DNA from: Phoronis australis
Lineage: Eukaryota; Animalia; Phoronida
Length of the DNA: 64,000 bases
Assembly (NCBI GenBank): GCA_002633005.1
Contig: NMRA01000250.1
Span: 300,657 to 364,656 of the forward strand
Direction: 5' to 3'
The position numbers and the translations under genes are program-made. Below are positions 51,634 through 64,000 of the stretch, one piece after another (position 1 is the stretch's first letter; each line of letters opens with the position of its first letter). The notes under the pieces are model-generated. The model was not told the DNA's origin. It saw nothing but the letters and a program-made list of their open reading frames with translations, and did not search any database.

Positions 51634-54486
51634 TCCTCTAACATCACTCTCATTTGACCACTCATAGACAATTGATAAGTATCCCTCATTGATTGAATGA
51701 ATGTGGTACATGTCACTGTACTCTTAGACTAGGAAGTAACAATTTCTGTCAAAAGGTGAATAAAATTTGACTTTCACAAGAGAATGATGATCAGTTACCT
51801 AGAACTACTATTACATAAAATATTACAAGGTACCCGCAACACCACGTGGACAATTCTTCAAACTTATTCGGAGAGGAGATATTTACTTGCCTGGATAACT
51901 TGCCTGATAACTTGCATACATCATCTAACCTCATAGAATACACTAAGGGTTGTGTAGAACCCTAGAAACATTCCAAATTTGGCTAAATTCCACACATTTT
52001 ATTTCTGAAATGGCTGATCAAATTCTCACAAAACTTTCAGATGATTTAAGTACTGTTCTCGTAATGCTTTTAGGAATTCCTTTCAAAATGTTCCACTATC
52101 AAGAAGTAAAACTGTTATGACTTTCATGAAGAAAAATCTTAAGTTACGTAAAATGAATATAAAATTACAATTTAGAAAACAGGAACAGTATTTAAATTTT
52201 ATCTTGAACAATTAAATCAAATGAAATCTGTTTTACTACCAGTAAAATGTAATGCAATTACTAACAAATCAGTATGAAGTTACAAGTAAAAGTCTTCAGG
52301 TTTTCTATCTATTTCCAGGAAAGGTATACTGAAATAAAATCTATAGTTTTGGAGATATTTCGCTAAATACACAGACAATAAATATCGAAATTGTACACAA
52401 CTTCATCCCCCCCCCCGGACATGTTTCAAGGCACACTACTCATTCTCAAAGGTACAAGAATCACCACAATGTAAATGTTAGATTGTGCTATTGAACACAC
52501 TTAGTCTCACATAACCTTAACCAAAGCCCAATAGAGTTTAAAACATTACCATGGTTATCCAATCTTGAATAATTGCTGAATCAGCCTGCAAGCTGAGACA
52601 CAGTCAAAGCCTACATGTGCCAGTTGTGGATAAGGTCCTATGTAACCCTCAAGAAATAGAGCTGGAGAAATCATTGCAGGAGTCTATGTCAGTGAACTCC
52701 AATCTGTCCATGTAATACATGGGTGGATTAAACAGTATTGAGCAGGCATTCATGGGTGAGTAGATAGTGACATAGAGAGGGAGGATCAAAGGATTGCGCT
52801 GGTGGACAGGTATAATTAATGAAGGGTAAAAAATGCGTACCATTTTCCCTGGCTGGGAGGAACATGAATTGACAAGAGGTGAAGAGCTCTATACAGGGGT
52901 ATTGTAGCAGATTAATGTCGTGGGAATTTTACTAAACAAAATATAAATTGCTTTGTTAACGCACTCTTACAAAGCACAGATGTCAATCAAACAAGGCAAG
53001 TCATCCCAACAGGATTGAATGATACAAATGCGTTCCTACCAACAGGATTGAATGATACAAATGCGTTCCTTTAGCCCAAGGAGGAATTCAAAATTATCAG
53101 AACTATACATAGTGGCAAAAACCCACAAATTGCGGGCACAATATGGCTGACAAGTGACATTTTGTTCCAATATTAAACAAATTTAAGATATGTAGCCCCT
53201 AATAAATATTTTGTCATTTTAAAGTTCTATATCATAAGAACAACTAGATGATGATTCTGAGAAATTATGGCCATTCACAACAATCTGGGAAGCCTTTGAA
53301 ACATGACCAAAAGATTAATTTTGACAATTATTTTTGTCCAAAATTGCGGAAGGTAAACAGAACGCAATATGGCAGAATAGAAAAATTCTATTTTGTAATT
53401 AAAGTTTTCAACAAAAGCAAATAATTAGACTATTTTACTTCACTATTTGAAAACTTCATATAATATCCCTGTCTTCAACAAAGACACAAAGAAATTTTGA
53501 ACATTTTGGGCAATACAGTAACCATTTGAAAAATGAAAATTACAATTGTGACGATTTTCTGTACTCCTTTTTCACAGATGCTCTTCCCCTCATAAAATTA
53601 ACTTCCAAAAATGTTTTTATTCCTTTTCCCTTAGATGAGCAACATTTTTACGAAATTCTAAAACCATACATTAGTATAATCAGCAAAAATAATATTTTAC
53701 GAGATGAGTCGCAACAAAGAACTGACCCCAAAATCATAGTAGTCTGCAGGCAAAGCTTCAACACTTCATTCGAGAGTATTTTTTAAAAGGCGTATTTAAC
53801 TGTTAACTGTGTCAATGGCCGACAAATATCAGTAAGAATTGATAATCTGCAATTACAATCACAAACATGCAACAAACTCATCAATGAGCTTACCTCGTTC
53901 TCAACAGAATTCATTCTTATTACAGTACTAGTGAAAGCCAATGCAAATGCAGTTTAGTGTACCGGAGTCCCACTGAATGTACAGAAGTAGTCCACTTGGA
54001 GAGTATCAAGATCATGACTGACAATAAACCGCACCCACAGACTGACAAAGAACAAAAGGTCACCCCAGGTGTTACGCTAGGTTCACATGAGTGGCTATAA
54101 ACGCCAGCAGTTTCGTTGGCTAAAATGCTAGAGAAAACATTAGAATGGTCATTTAACGAACTCTGTTATAATATGGGTAATGCAAAGTTACCCGTCGGAG
54201 TCATGGAGATTTTTGAAGTCACTAGCTTTCGGTCTCGTCTCAAGGCCAGAGATAATGTGAGCACTTTAGTCAGACAGATGAGCTGTCTGTGAAGGGGTCG
54301 TTTTCAGCAGCAGTTAGTTCGTTTCCTCGCCACGCCACCCGCTTTTAAGCGAAAATCAATATCAAAACATCTTCATTCTCACCCAATAATTTATTAATGC
54401 ACCTACAAACAAAGGCCTCTCCCAGCCTTGTGCCTGTGTGTTCTTTGACAAAGTCATCTGGCTATATAAGTGCTGCCAAAACACCA

Positions 54487-54770
54487 GCATAGTCTGACTA
54501 GAAGATGTTCCAACAGGTATTAGCATAGTCTGACTAGAAGCTGTTCCAACAGGTATTAGCATAGTCTGACTAGAAGCTGTTCCAACAGGTATTAGCATAG
54601 TCTGACTAGAAGCTGTTCCAACAGGTATTAGCATAGTCTGACTAGAAGCTGTTCCAACAGGTATTAGCATAGTCTGACTAGAAGCTGTTCCAACAGGTAT
54701 TAGCATAGTCTGACTAGAAGCTGTTCCAACAGGTATTAGTATAGTCTGACTAGAAGCTGTTCTAACAGCT
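54487..54770. repeat. Minisatellite, 36-bp unit x ~8
   Basis: agcatagtctgactagaagctgttccaacaggtatt. Confidence 0.95.
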
Positions 54771-55942
54771 TGAACAAGAACAGAGCTGGGGTATGCTTCA
54801 TGAAAAGTTGACTAAGACTAAGATAGAAATTCGGTCACTCCACACAACTAAAAAATGATTAAAACTCACTTTAACAAAAAACCTAGGTGCCTGAGAGTAT
54901 ATTCATAAGCATTACTTACTGAACAATTGTACAAATTATTTCCAGGCACTGAAGTATTTATAACCACATGACTCAACCTTCATATGGTAACTGTGAAGTG
55001 GGATGGCAAGGCCAAACTTCTGTCATAAGAATGAGTCACTTTTCATGAAACACATCCCTGGGTATAACCACCCTAAGGAGTACAGATGACCATCTGTGCC
55101 ATACATGTAATGAATGTACTTCTTATCCTATGGCACCAACAAGGGCACATTCATTCCACAAGATAAAACGGATTACATACACTCAAAACGATCAGATGTA
55201 AATTTCTAACAGATTTCTGGAACATGATCTACTCAGAAACAAATTACCACATCACTAACATGAACAGTCAAGTCAGGCTATTCAAAACCTTATGATATTG
55301 CTTTGCACAAATCTTCTACATGATAAGTGCCTTCAGTCAATGTCCAGCAAGTGACAGGCAATGAGTACACGCGCTATTTTGGAATCCATAATTTTGCAAT
55401 TGGCCAGGCTCAATAAAATCGGAATCGTTTTCTTTAGTCGCTGATGGTTTTAATGCTCTTGTTGGAATAATATGAAGCAAATTTTATCAGAGTAAAAGGC
55501 CTATTTCGATTTTCATTTTTAACCTGTAAACAGGGCAAATGCATCTTTAATTGAGGTTGCAGAATTAGTCTAGAAAACACTAGAAACTTCAGCCCAGATA
55601 CATGTAAATTCAACCATGTCCCATGTCACATCACCAACACAACACAGTTTGGTGGAACAACAAACCACCAGACATTCTTGATGCCAAGATCCTGTTTAGT
55701 TAACAACATGACCAACGTGCCCAGGTGTTAAAATATAGCTCTAAAGTCACTTTCCCATTAGAGACAAACTTCTCTTTTATCAAAGTTTCGGTAAGTGGGA
55801 AAGGTTGACTCTGTTAGTTAAAGGTTAACTCTGAGTGAAAAGTATAATGCTCGTAAGGATTTGAATTCAGAATTTGTACAAAAAAGATGGAGTAACTTTG
55901 AAATGGTTTTTCTTAGCAGTCAAGAGGATTAGTTGTGGGGTA

Positions 55943-55964
55943 TGCGTGTGTGTGTGTGTGTGTG

Positions 55965-56009
<45 letters not shown>
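55943..56009. repeat. (TG)n microsatellite
   Basis: Direct reading. Confidence 0.97.
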
Positions 56010-58618
56010 CTGTGGTGTTCTTTGTCTTTTTGTGGTATTGTAATGTTTTCTCATTGCCAATAAATGTATATAAAAAAATAAAATAGTAGGATTTAAAAGC
56101 GAAGCTTTGGTGTAGTGGGAACACTAAAAGTGAAGCTTTGTCGAAGTTATCAGAAGAGGTCGCTGCGATCACAGGGAGACTTGCAAAACCTGTTCGTTTG
56201 TTATTCTAGGTAGCCATCATGCTCTCAGTAGACGAACGTAAATAAACAAAAGAAAGCATATCTGACGAAGAATGATACTAATCATTTTCATAAACACTCT
56301 TAAATTGCAGGAGAAATATTTTCGAACCACTACTCAATATCTGTTTGATCCTATCTATACCTGTGCAAACTGGTATAATACCACCTACAAAATGCTGAGT
56401 ACAGTTATATCTCACAAATTTAGGACATACAGTAACATTACAAACAATTGATATTTTATTTTCTTCATTTTGTCATACAAGACCAGTAACAACAATGCTT
56501 TATCAAACTCCAGTCCATCACCATAGCTACCATCAGATCTGAGAAAAAATAGGCATTCGCAATAATGTTAAGACGCCTTTGAATAATGAAAAAAGATCAA
56601 ATATGGAGATTGCTTTTGTACGATATACGCGAGATTTTATCAGAGTGCGTTTGCACCTAAACTCAACATGTTACAAATACATGCAGGATGGTCATGCAGG
56701 ATGGTCAGGTGACAAACCTGTGTGGAGCAGGTGTAACCACCTCCAGCTTTATCACCAACTCTATAGGTTTAATCAACATGCTGTTTCTTAAGTTTTTATG
56801 ACTGCACTTCTCCGAATAGATCAAAGGTCGGATTCGTAGCTATTTTCATGACATACAGCTTCGGCAGACTACGATGCCAGCCTGTACTTGCAAAAAGAGG
56901 TCTAACAACTAAATACCCCGAAACATTAGTGGAAAAATGGGGCAAAGCTGTATCGCATAATACATCTTGATGTGAAGCTGATTGCAGCCCAACGTGATTG
57001 TGATATAAATACAGACAAATTAGAAGAGTTGCATTCTCAAAGCTTAGAATGCGGCATGCTAATCATCAGCACAAAGCACGCGGGATGGAATGTTAACTAC
57101 AGCCGCATCAAACAGCAACTGAAAACCCCAACGAAACACTGACAATGCTACATTTAGCTGAAGTGATGGAGCACCCAAATTTGCACTAATAGAGTAACAT
57201 CCGGATATCAAAATCCGATTAAGTCTGTCAAGTCCAATAAGCAGAACTGGTTTGAAACCCATCTTTGCCCCAATAACCTCCACACCACCACAATTCCGTC
57301 AAAACCATTTCAACAAGACTAAGAGCTCAAGGAAACAATCTTCAACCAGCTTCCTACCAAAACTGAGAAGAGCCCAGGCCAACTCAGTCCAGTCACTGTC
57401 ACCTGTTTTTAATTTCTGTGAGAAATTCCAGGAGCACTTACACAGGAAAAACTTGAGATGCTGATACTTCCTGCATGGAAATCCATTTAAGTGTAAAAAC
57501 ATTCAAGAGCAAAACAAGTGACCCTTGTAGTCAACAGTATACATAACTGAAGTAGTAGTGTAGTGACAAGTTCACTTGCGAACACAGAGCCCAAGTACTA
57601 GACTTGTCATACTTATGTGCTGGAACGAGAACCCTATTTGGAGAAATGAAAAAAGGTCTGCCTCAGTCAGAGAAGCACGAACTCCGAAAAAAGTAGAAAA
57701 TGAGACAATATTCCATTAGAAGTACCAAAATTTAGCGTCTGCAATTCATAGCTCTGAACATACCAGTGAATCTTATAGTAAAAGGTAGACATTCCCAAAA
57801 ATTCCAGCCCCCATTTTTTAGGCTTGGTGCACTCATACAAAGTCTGGGAAAATCTGTGTTGAAAGCCAACAACTTTGCACAGTTCACCAGAAGTACCCAA
57901 GTTCTAAATAAACCTCGTTTGAGCAAGCGCTGTGGCCAGTGACCAGGTAGGCCTAAAGGTAGCCTTGATGCAAAGCTGTATAGGCCTACTAACAAGCTGT
58001 AGTTAGTATTCATACTGGTAGCTGGCACTGAGGCTAGCTAAGGGCTGCCACAGCAGTGTGACACAGGGCTAACCAACCATTAATTTCATGTAAGTGTCTG
58101 AAACTACCTTTGAATATATGCGGGATTTATGATTTGAACATTTTACTTCGACAAAACAGCTTGCAATCGCATGCCTTTACCGTTCGCCAGAGTCTGGTCT
58201 CGAACCACACCGGGTCCGATAGGCTGCAGTCCCGAGTCTGGCAAAATAATTTGTCAAAATTTATTCGCCACATTTCTTCAGCAAATTCGGTAAAATTGTT
58301 CGTATTTTGATTTTATTAAAATTAAAGCGCGCTGTTGATTATTTTATATCGGTTTGCAGGCTGATAACAGGCACTCGTCCATTCGCACTGATGGCGTTTT
58401 CTTAGCCTGGGTTCCTGAATGAATTGTACTTCCGGGTTCGCGGTATTTTGAAAATGGCGGTGGTTATTCTGGTGCGAATCGTGAGAGGCGCGTTCATTTA
58501 AACTTTTTTCGAGTACGGATCACGTATTAGTTATGAGGTAAGTACTTCTTGGATCCTTATAACATCCTCTTACCATGTAATAAGGGTTAACAACGTGTGA
58601 GACCAGAACTTTAAGACT

Positions 58619-59701
58619 CTGGCCAGGTGGACCTCGACCAGGAAGAAGGGTGGATGTCTATTTGTACCAGACAGCAGAAACCATTTCGAATTATATCAAA
58701 GATGTAATTACACATTAGCTCATTCTTTCAACTCTCCCACTGGTCCACATCAAACACTAAAAATGACCAGAACTGTTATAACATCACGGCTCTGTTGCAT
58801 GAAAGTGACTTAGGACTTGAAACAGAAATTTGGTCTTGCGTTCACATTTGCTGAATAAAGGTTTAGCCAAACAAAAGACTGCATCACGGTCTAGAAAAAA
58901 TTAATATGAAATATCTCAATAACCAGCAGTTAGGTGTATATTCTCAGAAACTTCACATTTTTGCGAGACTTAAATTTTTCAGAAATAGTTATGAGGAGCA
59001 TGAGATCCAATGTCTTCTTGCATCTCAAGTCACTTATCATGAAACAGACCACCTGGGGCTCTGAGAAATTTTCTTCCATACTTAAAGAATTACACAAATC
59101 CTGTACAATCAGAATTCCCCAGCACCAGTCTCTTGTTGTTACCATCTGCCTGATGGTGGNCTGGCCAGGTGGACCTTGACCAGGAAGAAGGGTGGATGTC
59201 TATTTGTACCAGACAGCAGAAACCATGTGGCATTATATCATAGATGTAATTACACATTGGCTCATTCTTTCAACTCTCCCACTGGTCCACATCAAACAGT
59301 AAAAATGACCAGAACTATTTTAACATCACGGCTCTGTTGCATGAAAGTGACTTAGGACTTGAAACACAAATTTGGTCTTGCGTTCACATTTGCTGAATAA
59401 AGGTTTAGCCAAACAAAAGACTGCATCACGGTCTAGAAAAAATTAATAGGAAATATCTCAATAACCAGCAGTTAGGTGTATATTCTCAGAAACTTCACAT
59501 TTTTGCGAGACTTAAATTTTTCAGAAATAGTTATGAGGAGCGTGAGAACCAATGTCTTCTTGCATCTCAAGTCACATATCATGAAACAGACCACCTGGGG
59601 CTTTGAGAAATTTTCTTCCATACTTAAAGAATTACACAAATCCTGTACAATCACAATTCCCCAGCACCAGTCTCTTGTTGTTGCCATCTGCCTGATGATG
59701 G
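58619..59701. other. ~0.54-kb duplication joined by single N (59160); probable haplotype overlap
   Basis: ctggccaggtggacct restarts at 59161. Confidence 0.85.
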
Positions 59702-62139
59702 CTCAGAGCAACAACAGTGAAAGATTCACCAGACAGTATGTTTGCCTGTTAATGGCCACTTGAATCCTGATAAACACATCAACACCGAGGCAGTGATATA
59801 GAGTCATCAGATCACAGAGGTATGAGTTCAACAGGTTAATGACAGAGGAGTCCCTGTCCATCACCTGGTGGAATGCACACTATCTCTACACAGTGTCCTG
59901 TAGAGAAAGAACGATTTTCTAGAAAAAATGAGTTTCATTTCTCATCTCCTTCCAAAGGTATCAAATTAATTAAACTACTGCGTGTGAGCTTGTCAATGTT
60001 GATTTGATCGGCTTTGGGTTCATCTTCATCTTAGTTAGAGGAATGCTTCAAATCTCTTCAATTTGGGACCAATCTTCAGAAACTGAAATGCTCAAAATCT
60101 TACCTAATGCAGTTTCATGGCAGCTATTTTAAATGATGCTGAAAATAGCAAAATTTCCCCCAATATCCTGCAAAGTTATATTCGAAAGTAATTTGACAAA
60201 CATGAAATTTCACTTGTCCACCACACTGCCTCTAAAAGAATTTTTACCAGACTCCGTACACATACTGGCTAAAGCAGAAGCATGCAGCGAATCACGGAAT
60301 GGCGTCAACAGAAATCACTTCCAGTCAGTCTCCATTGTTTAATTCAAAACTATTCGTCTTCACCAGCTCACCTTCTTGCAACAACAACTACTCGGCAATT
60401 TTTATGATTTCTTAATTCTACGCTTCTTGAGAAGCACAAATTTTAAAGTTGCACAGCTGATCCATTCACCTGAAAAGTTATAAACTATGTCAGTGGCTGG
60501 ATAGTAGAATTAAAAAAAACCTTGGTCAAGTCCCAAACTGTCAGACCACAAGCTTCACATTAAGTGGTACCCTTACTACTAAAAAAAATATAAATTTAAT
60601 ATTGAGTGATTACAAAAAATGTTTGTTGTTGCACATTTGTTAAAAATTCATTTTGAAAAGATAACAAAATCCTGTAATTTCCCAACCTTCCGACAAGCAG
60701 TTTATCTACAACACACTACCAATTTCTACACAATCCCAGAGGCTCCAATTGATGCAAATTGGGAAAAACATTTACGAAAATTTGATAAAGAAATAACCAC
60801 AAATGACGACATCCCACCTGAGGCAAAACGTCAATCACTTCAATCACAGACATGTGGCCCACCACGTGGCACGTGAGAGTCAAAACGTGCATGTACCTTC
60901 AATGCATTATCAGAATACTGACCAGCTAAGAACGAAGCCTTCAGAAATAACCTCTATTGAATCCCAAGTCAGAAAATCCAGTCTATGTAGGTTTAACACA
61001 GTAGTCAACATATATCCCAGAGACTGCTCAAGAGACTTCTCAAGAGCTGGTAACTGATCCCACTGAGTACAGTACAGGCAACTCTACACTCTACACTGCC
61101 ATGTGATACAACATCTATCTTGGTGTAACCTATGACCACAGAGTAGGAATTAACTCACATACCACAGAGGTGTGTCAAGGGTAGACGGAGGAAATAAACA
61201 CTTGGCAAGGGGACAAGAGGTAGCATTTCTGTACCCAGCGTTTACCTTTAAGTGGCCATAAAGCAACCCTTCTATGACAAAAACCAACTTTTGGTTTAGA
61301 CCGCTTACCATTATGAAATTGGTCTTAAATTAAGCCTTAGTCAAATTAGAAATTATTTCTGGTTTCCAAAATACCTGACAGTTCACTGTGGCTTGAGACC
61401 ACGCTCCACAAGTTTGGCTTGTTGCAGTCTGTTTGTCCTTTTAGTACCCAAGCTTAGTCTTAAAGAATAACAAACAATACAACAAAACAACCAGTATCAC
61501 AGCTTGCCACCAAAACGTCACTGTAACTTAAAATCGACTACATGGACTACATGTCGTTAACTTGTTCGATAATAGTGCTTCAATTCCAGATCTAATTTAA
61601 CCCAATATTACATTCCCATTCCAAGCAGGATTCTTTTTAACCAGTTGAAAACAGTAAATTCAATAAATCAACAGTTTGGCATGCCACTCCATGAGTCTTC
61701 CTCAGTTCTTCACACATAACAAACACATTGAAATGATTTATAGCCATCTTCAGGGAGCAGCATGTCATGGTTCAGTGCTAGGATTACATTTTGGGTTAAA
61801 ATATGCATCAAGATGAACTGATACTGTGTAAAAAACGGTGTCAGTCAAACGAACACTTGATGCAAACAGGAAGATAAAAACCTACCGCAGAGAGCAGTTC
61901 CAAAAGGTGAGCAACTCAAAAAGTCACCTGGGCCCAGGCTGGGTCTAATCTTTGTACTCAATATGGAACTCGAAATTATTTTTGACATTTCTATTCTATT
62001 TTTGTATTTTTGTGAAAACTCAAAATATGTGTCTACTATTCTGCGCCATGGTTTAGGTGGACAACTGTACAACTTCGCACGCCCTGCCCTCTCTCCTCCC
62101 TAACCTTCCTACGCCCTGCCCTCTCTCCTCCCTAGCCCT

Positions 62140-62476
62140 NNNNNNNNNNNNNNNNNNNNNNNNNNNNNNNNNNNNNNNNNNNNNNNNNNNNNNNNNNNNN
62201 NNNNNNNNNNNNNNNNNNNNNNNNNNNNNNNNNNNNNNNNNNNNNNNNNNNNNNNNNNNNNNNNNNNNNNNNNNNNNNNNNNNNNNNNNNNNNNNNNNNN
62301 NNNNNNNNNNNNNNNNNNNNNNNNNNNNNNNNNNNNNNNNNNNNNNNNNNNNNNNNNNNNNNNNNNNNNNNNNNNNNNNNNNNNNNNNNNNNNNNNNNNN
62401 NNNNNNNNNNNNNNNNNNNNNNNNNNNNNNNNNNNNNNNNNNNNNNNNNNNNNNNNNNNNNNNNNNNNNNNNNNNN
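62140..62476. other. Assembly gap flanked by CCCT-rich low-complexity sequence
   Basis: Run of N. Confidence 0.99.
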
Positions 62477-63819
62477 CTCCCTAGTCCTCCCCCTCCCCCT
62501 CCCCTCTTAGGGTTTTTTTCATGAACAGTGACTTTAAGACTCTTAATTATGTCACAGATTTGATCGTATGCTCAACACAACTATTTCTGAAAAATAACTA
62601 AAAAATAACTTGAGCAAAAGTACCGAGAAAATTTCCACAAATTATTTTTAGACTTCTGTGCACTCATAATTACTTGGCTAAACTTTTTTCAGCAAATTTC
62701 TGCCTAAGTTTTGAGTCACTTAAGTCTCAGACCCCTAGTATGGACAACACTTAACTTAATCATTCATGACAAGACCTCCCAATAAGACACACTGAAGAAA
62801 TGTCAGCCAGAAGCCACTATTTGCTCACCAGTTTCTTATTCCCAAAGAAAACACTGAAGGCTTTGTGCTATCATTGATCAGGTATCCCCTGGCCTAATAA
62901 AATCAAGCAGACCCACCCTTCTAACTCCATAATACCTCACTGAATGGTGCCTCTGTTGATATACACTGCCCTGGAAATCTTTGAACGAAGCGCAATCCTA
63001 AAGATGAGAGACCGGACATTTCCAATTCGATAGGACACGTTAAAAATTTGAGACTGATTTCTCATGATAAAAGTTCACCCACTTAGGATACAGCCTGACC
63101 GACAAGTGAATTTTATTTTATCATCTTTTCCTTGAAAGACATGTGACGCCCAACTTTTCCTTGCTCAAGTGCTGTACCATAGCTACCAACAGGCAATGTT
63201 TTTAAAAAATGAGACTATTCTCAACAAGATTAGAATCACTGATATTTTTAAAGCAATTTTGGCAATTAAAGTTGTCTCCTGACATCTGATGAGTGTACCA
63301 CCAAGCACACAGTCAACATTTCATTGCTCACAACTGCCTGATGTTATAGCAATGGGGGCAATCATGAGAGGAGGCTGATAATTTGAGTGAAAATATCAAA
63401 CATGTTGTGAAATAACTCTTAAAAAACACAAGACGCCTCAAGTGTAAATTAGAAACCTCAACTTTTAAAAGCATTATGGAGAACAGGTGAGTTATCGAAT
63501 GCTTCAAAGATCGTTGCTGAAATATTTTAGGTTCTTCAAAAACATCAAGAATTGCTCGAGAACATAAGGGCTATCATTTACGGTCAAGGTTTGAAAATTT
63601 TATTCAATAACACGTTACAATGCCCTGACAAGTCCAATAAAATTAAAAAACAGTTTACAGATACTTCACCATTTTTCTAAGTCTCAAAATTCTTAAACTT
63701 GCTCGATTAGAGTTAACCACAATATCCCAGTGTCCTGTTGGCTAGACTAGAAACTGCGCGTTTGCACGGAGACATAACACGGGTCAGCATTCCATACATC
63801 CAAAAAGTCTCAAAAACCC

Positions 63820-64000
63820 GAGATCACACAAGCTATAGCCATGCCTTAACCAAGTGATGAGATCACACAAGCTATAGCCATGCCTTAACCAAGCGATGAG
63901 ATCACACAAGCTATAGCCATGCCTTAACCAAGCGATGAGATCACACAAGCTATAGCCATGCCTTAACCAAGCGATGAGATCACACAAGCTATAGCCATGC
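63820..64000. repeat. Minisatellite, 39-bp unit, runs off the window
   Basis: gagatcacacaagctatagccatgccttaaccaagcgat. Confidence 0.95.

Noticed and set aside
62057-62524. 155-aa ORF
   Set aside because: Consists mostly of the N gap.

Overview
AT-rich metazoan genomic DNA, probably from an invertebrate draft assembly with single-N joins and one N gap. The window is dominated by one large minus-strand multi-exon gene of the PHLDB/LL5 family (pleckstrin homology-like domain family B). I reconstructed 12 phase-compatible GT-AG coding exons from a start codon at 47560 down to 836 (3363 nt, 1121 codons). They encode a short N-terminus, a PHLDB1-type FHA domain, a 2042-nt low-complexity exon carrying the conserved 'RLEEILSMCAEY' motif, and a coiled coil. 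No PH domain or stop codon is present, so these presumably lie left of the window. Introns hold non-autonomous DNA transposons (hAT-like with 5-bp and 6-bp TSDs, and a Tc2/pogo-like TA-TSD element), a tRNA-derived SINE head, many minisatellites and three N-joined duplications that look like uncollapsed haplotypes. Most short ORFs in the track are spurious. I see no prokaryote-type novel system (no CRISPR, operon or similar). The most interesting signals are candidate frame-preserving microexons of 9 and 12 nt, each followed by TGCATG, further small cassette exons, an alternative first exon and a uORF. All exon calls are read by eye and lack transcript support.
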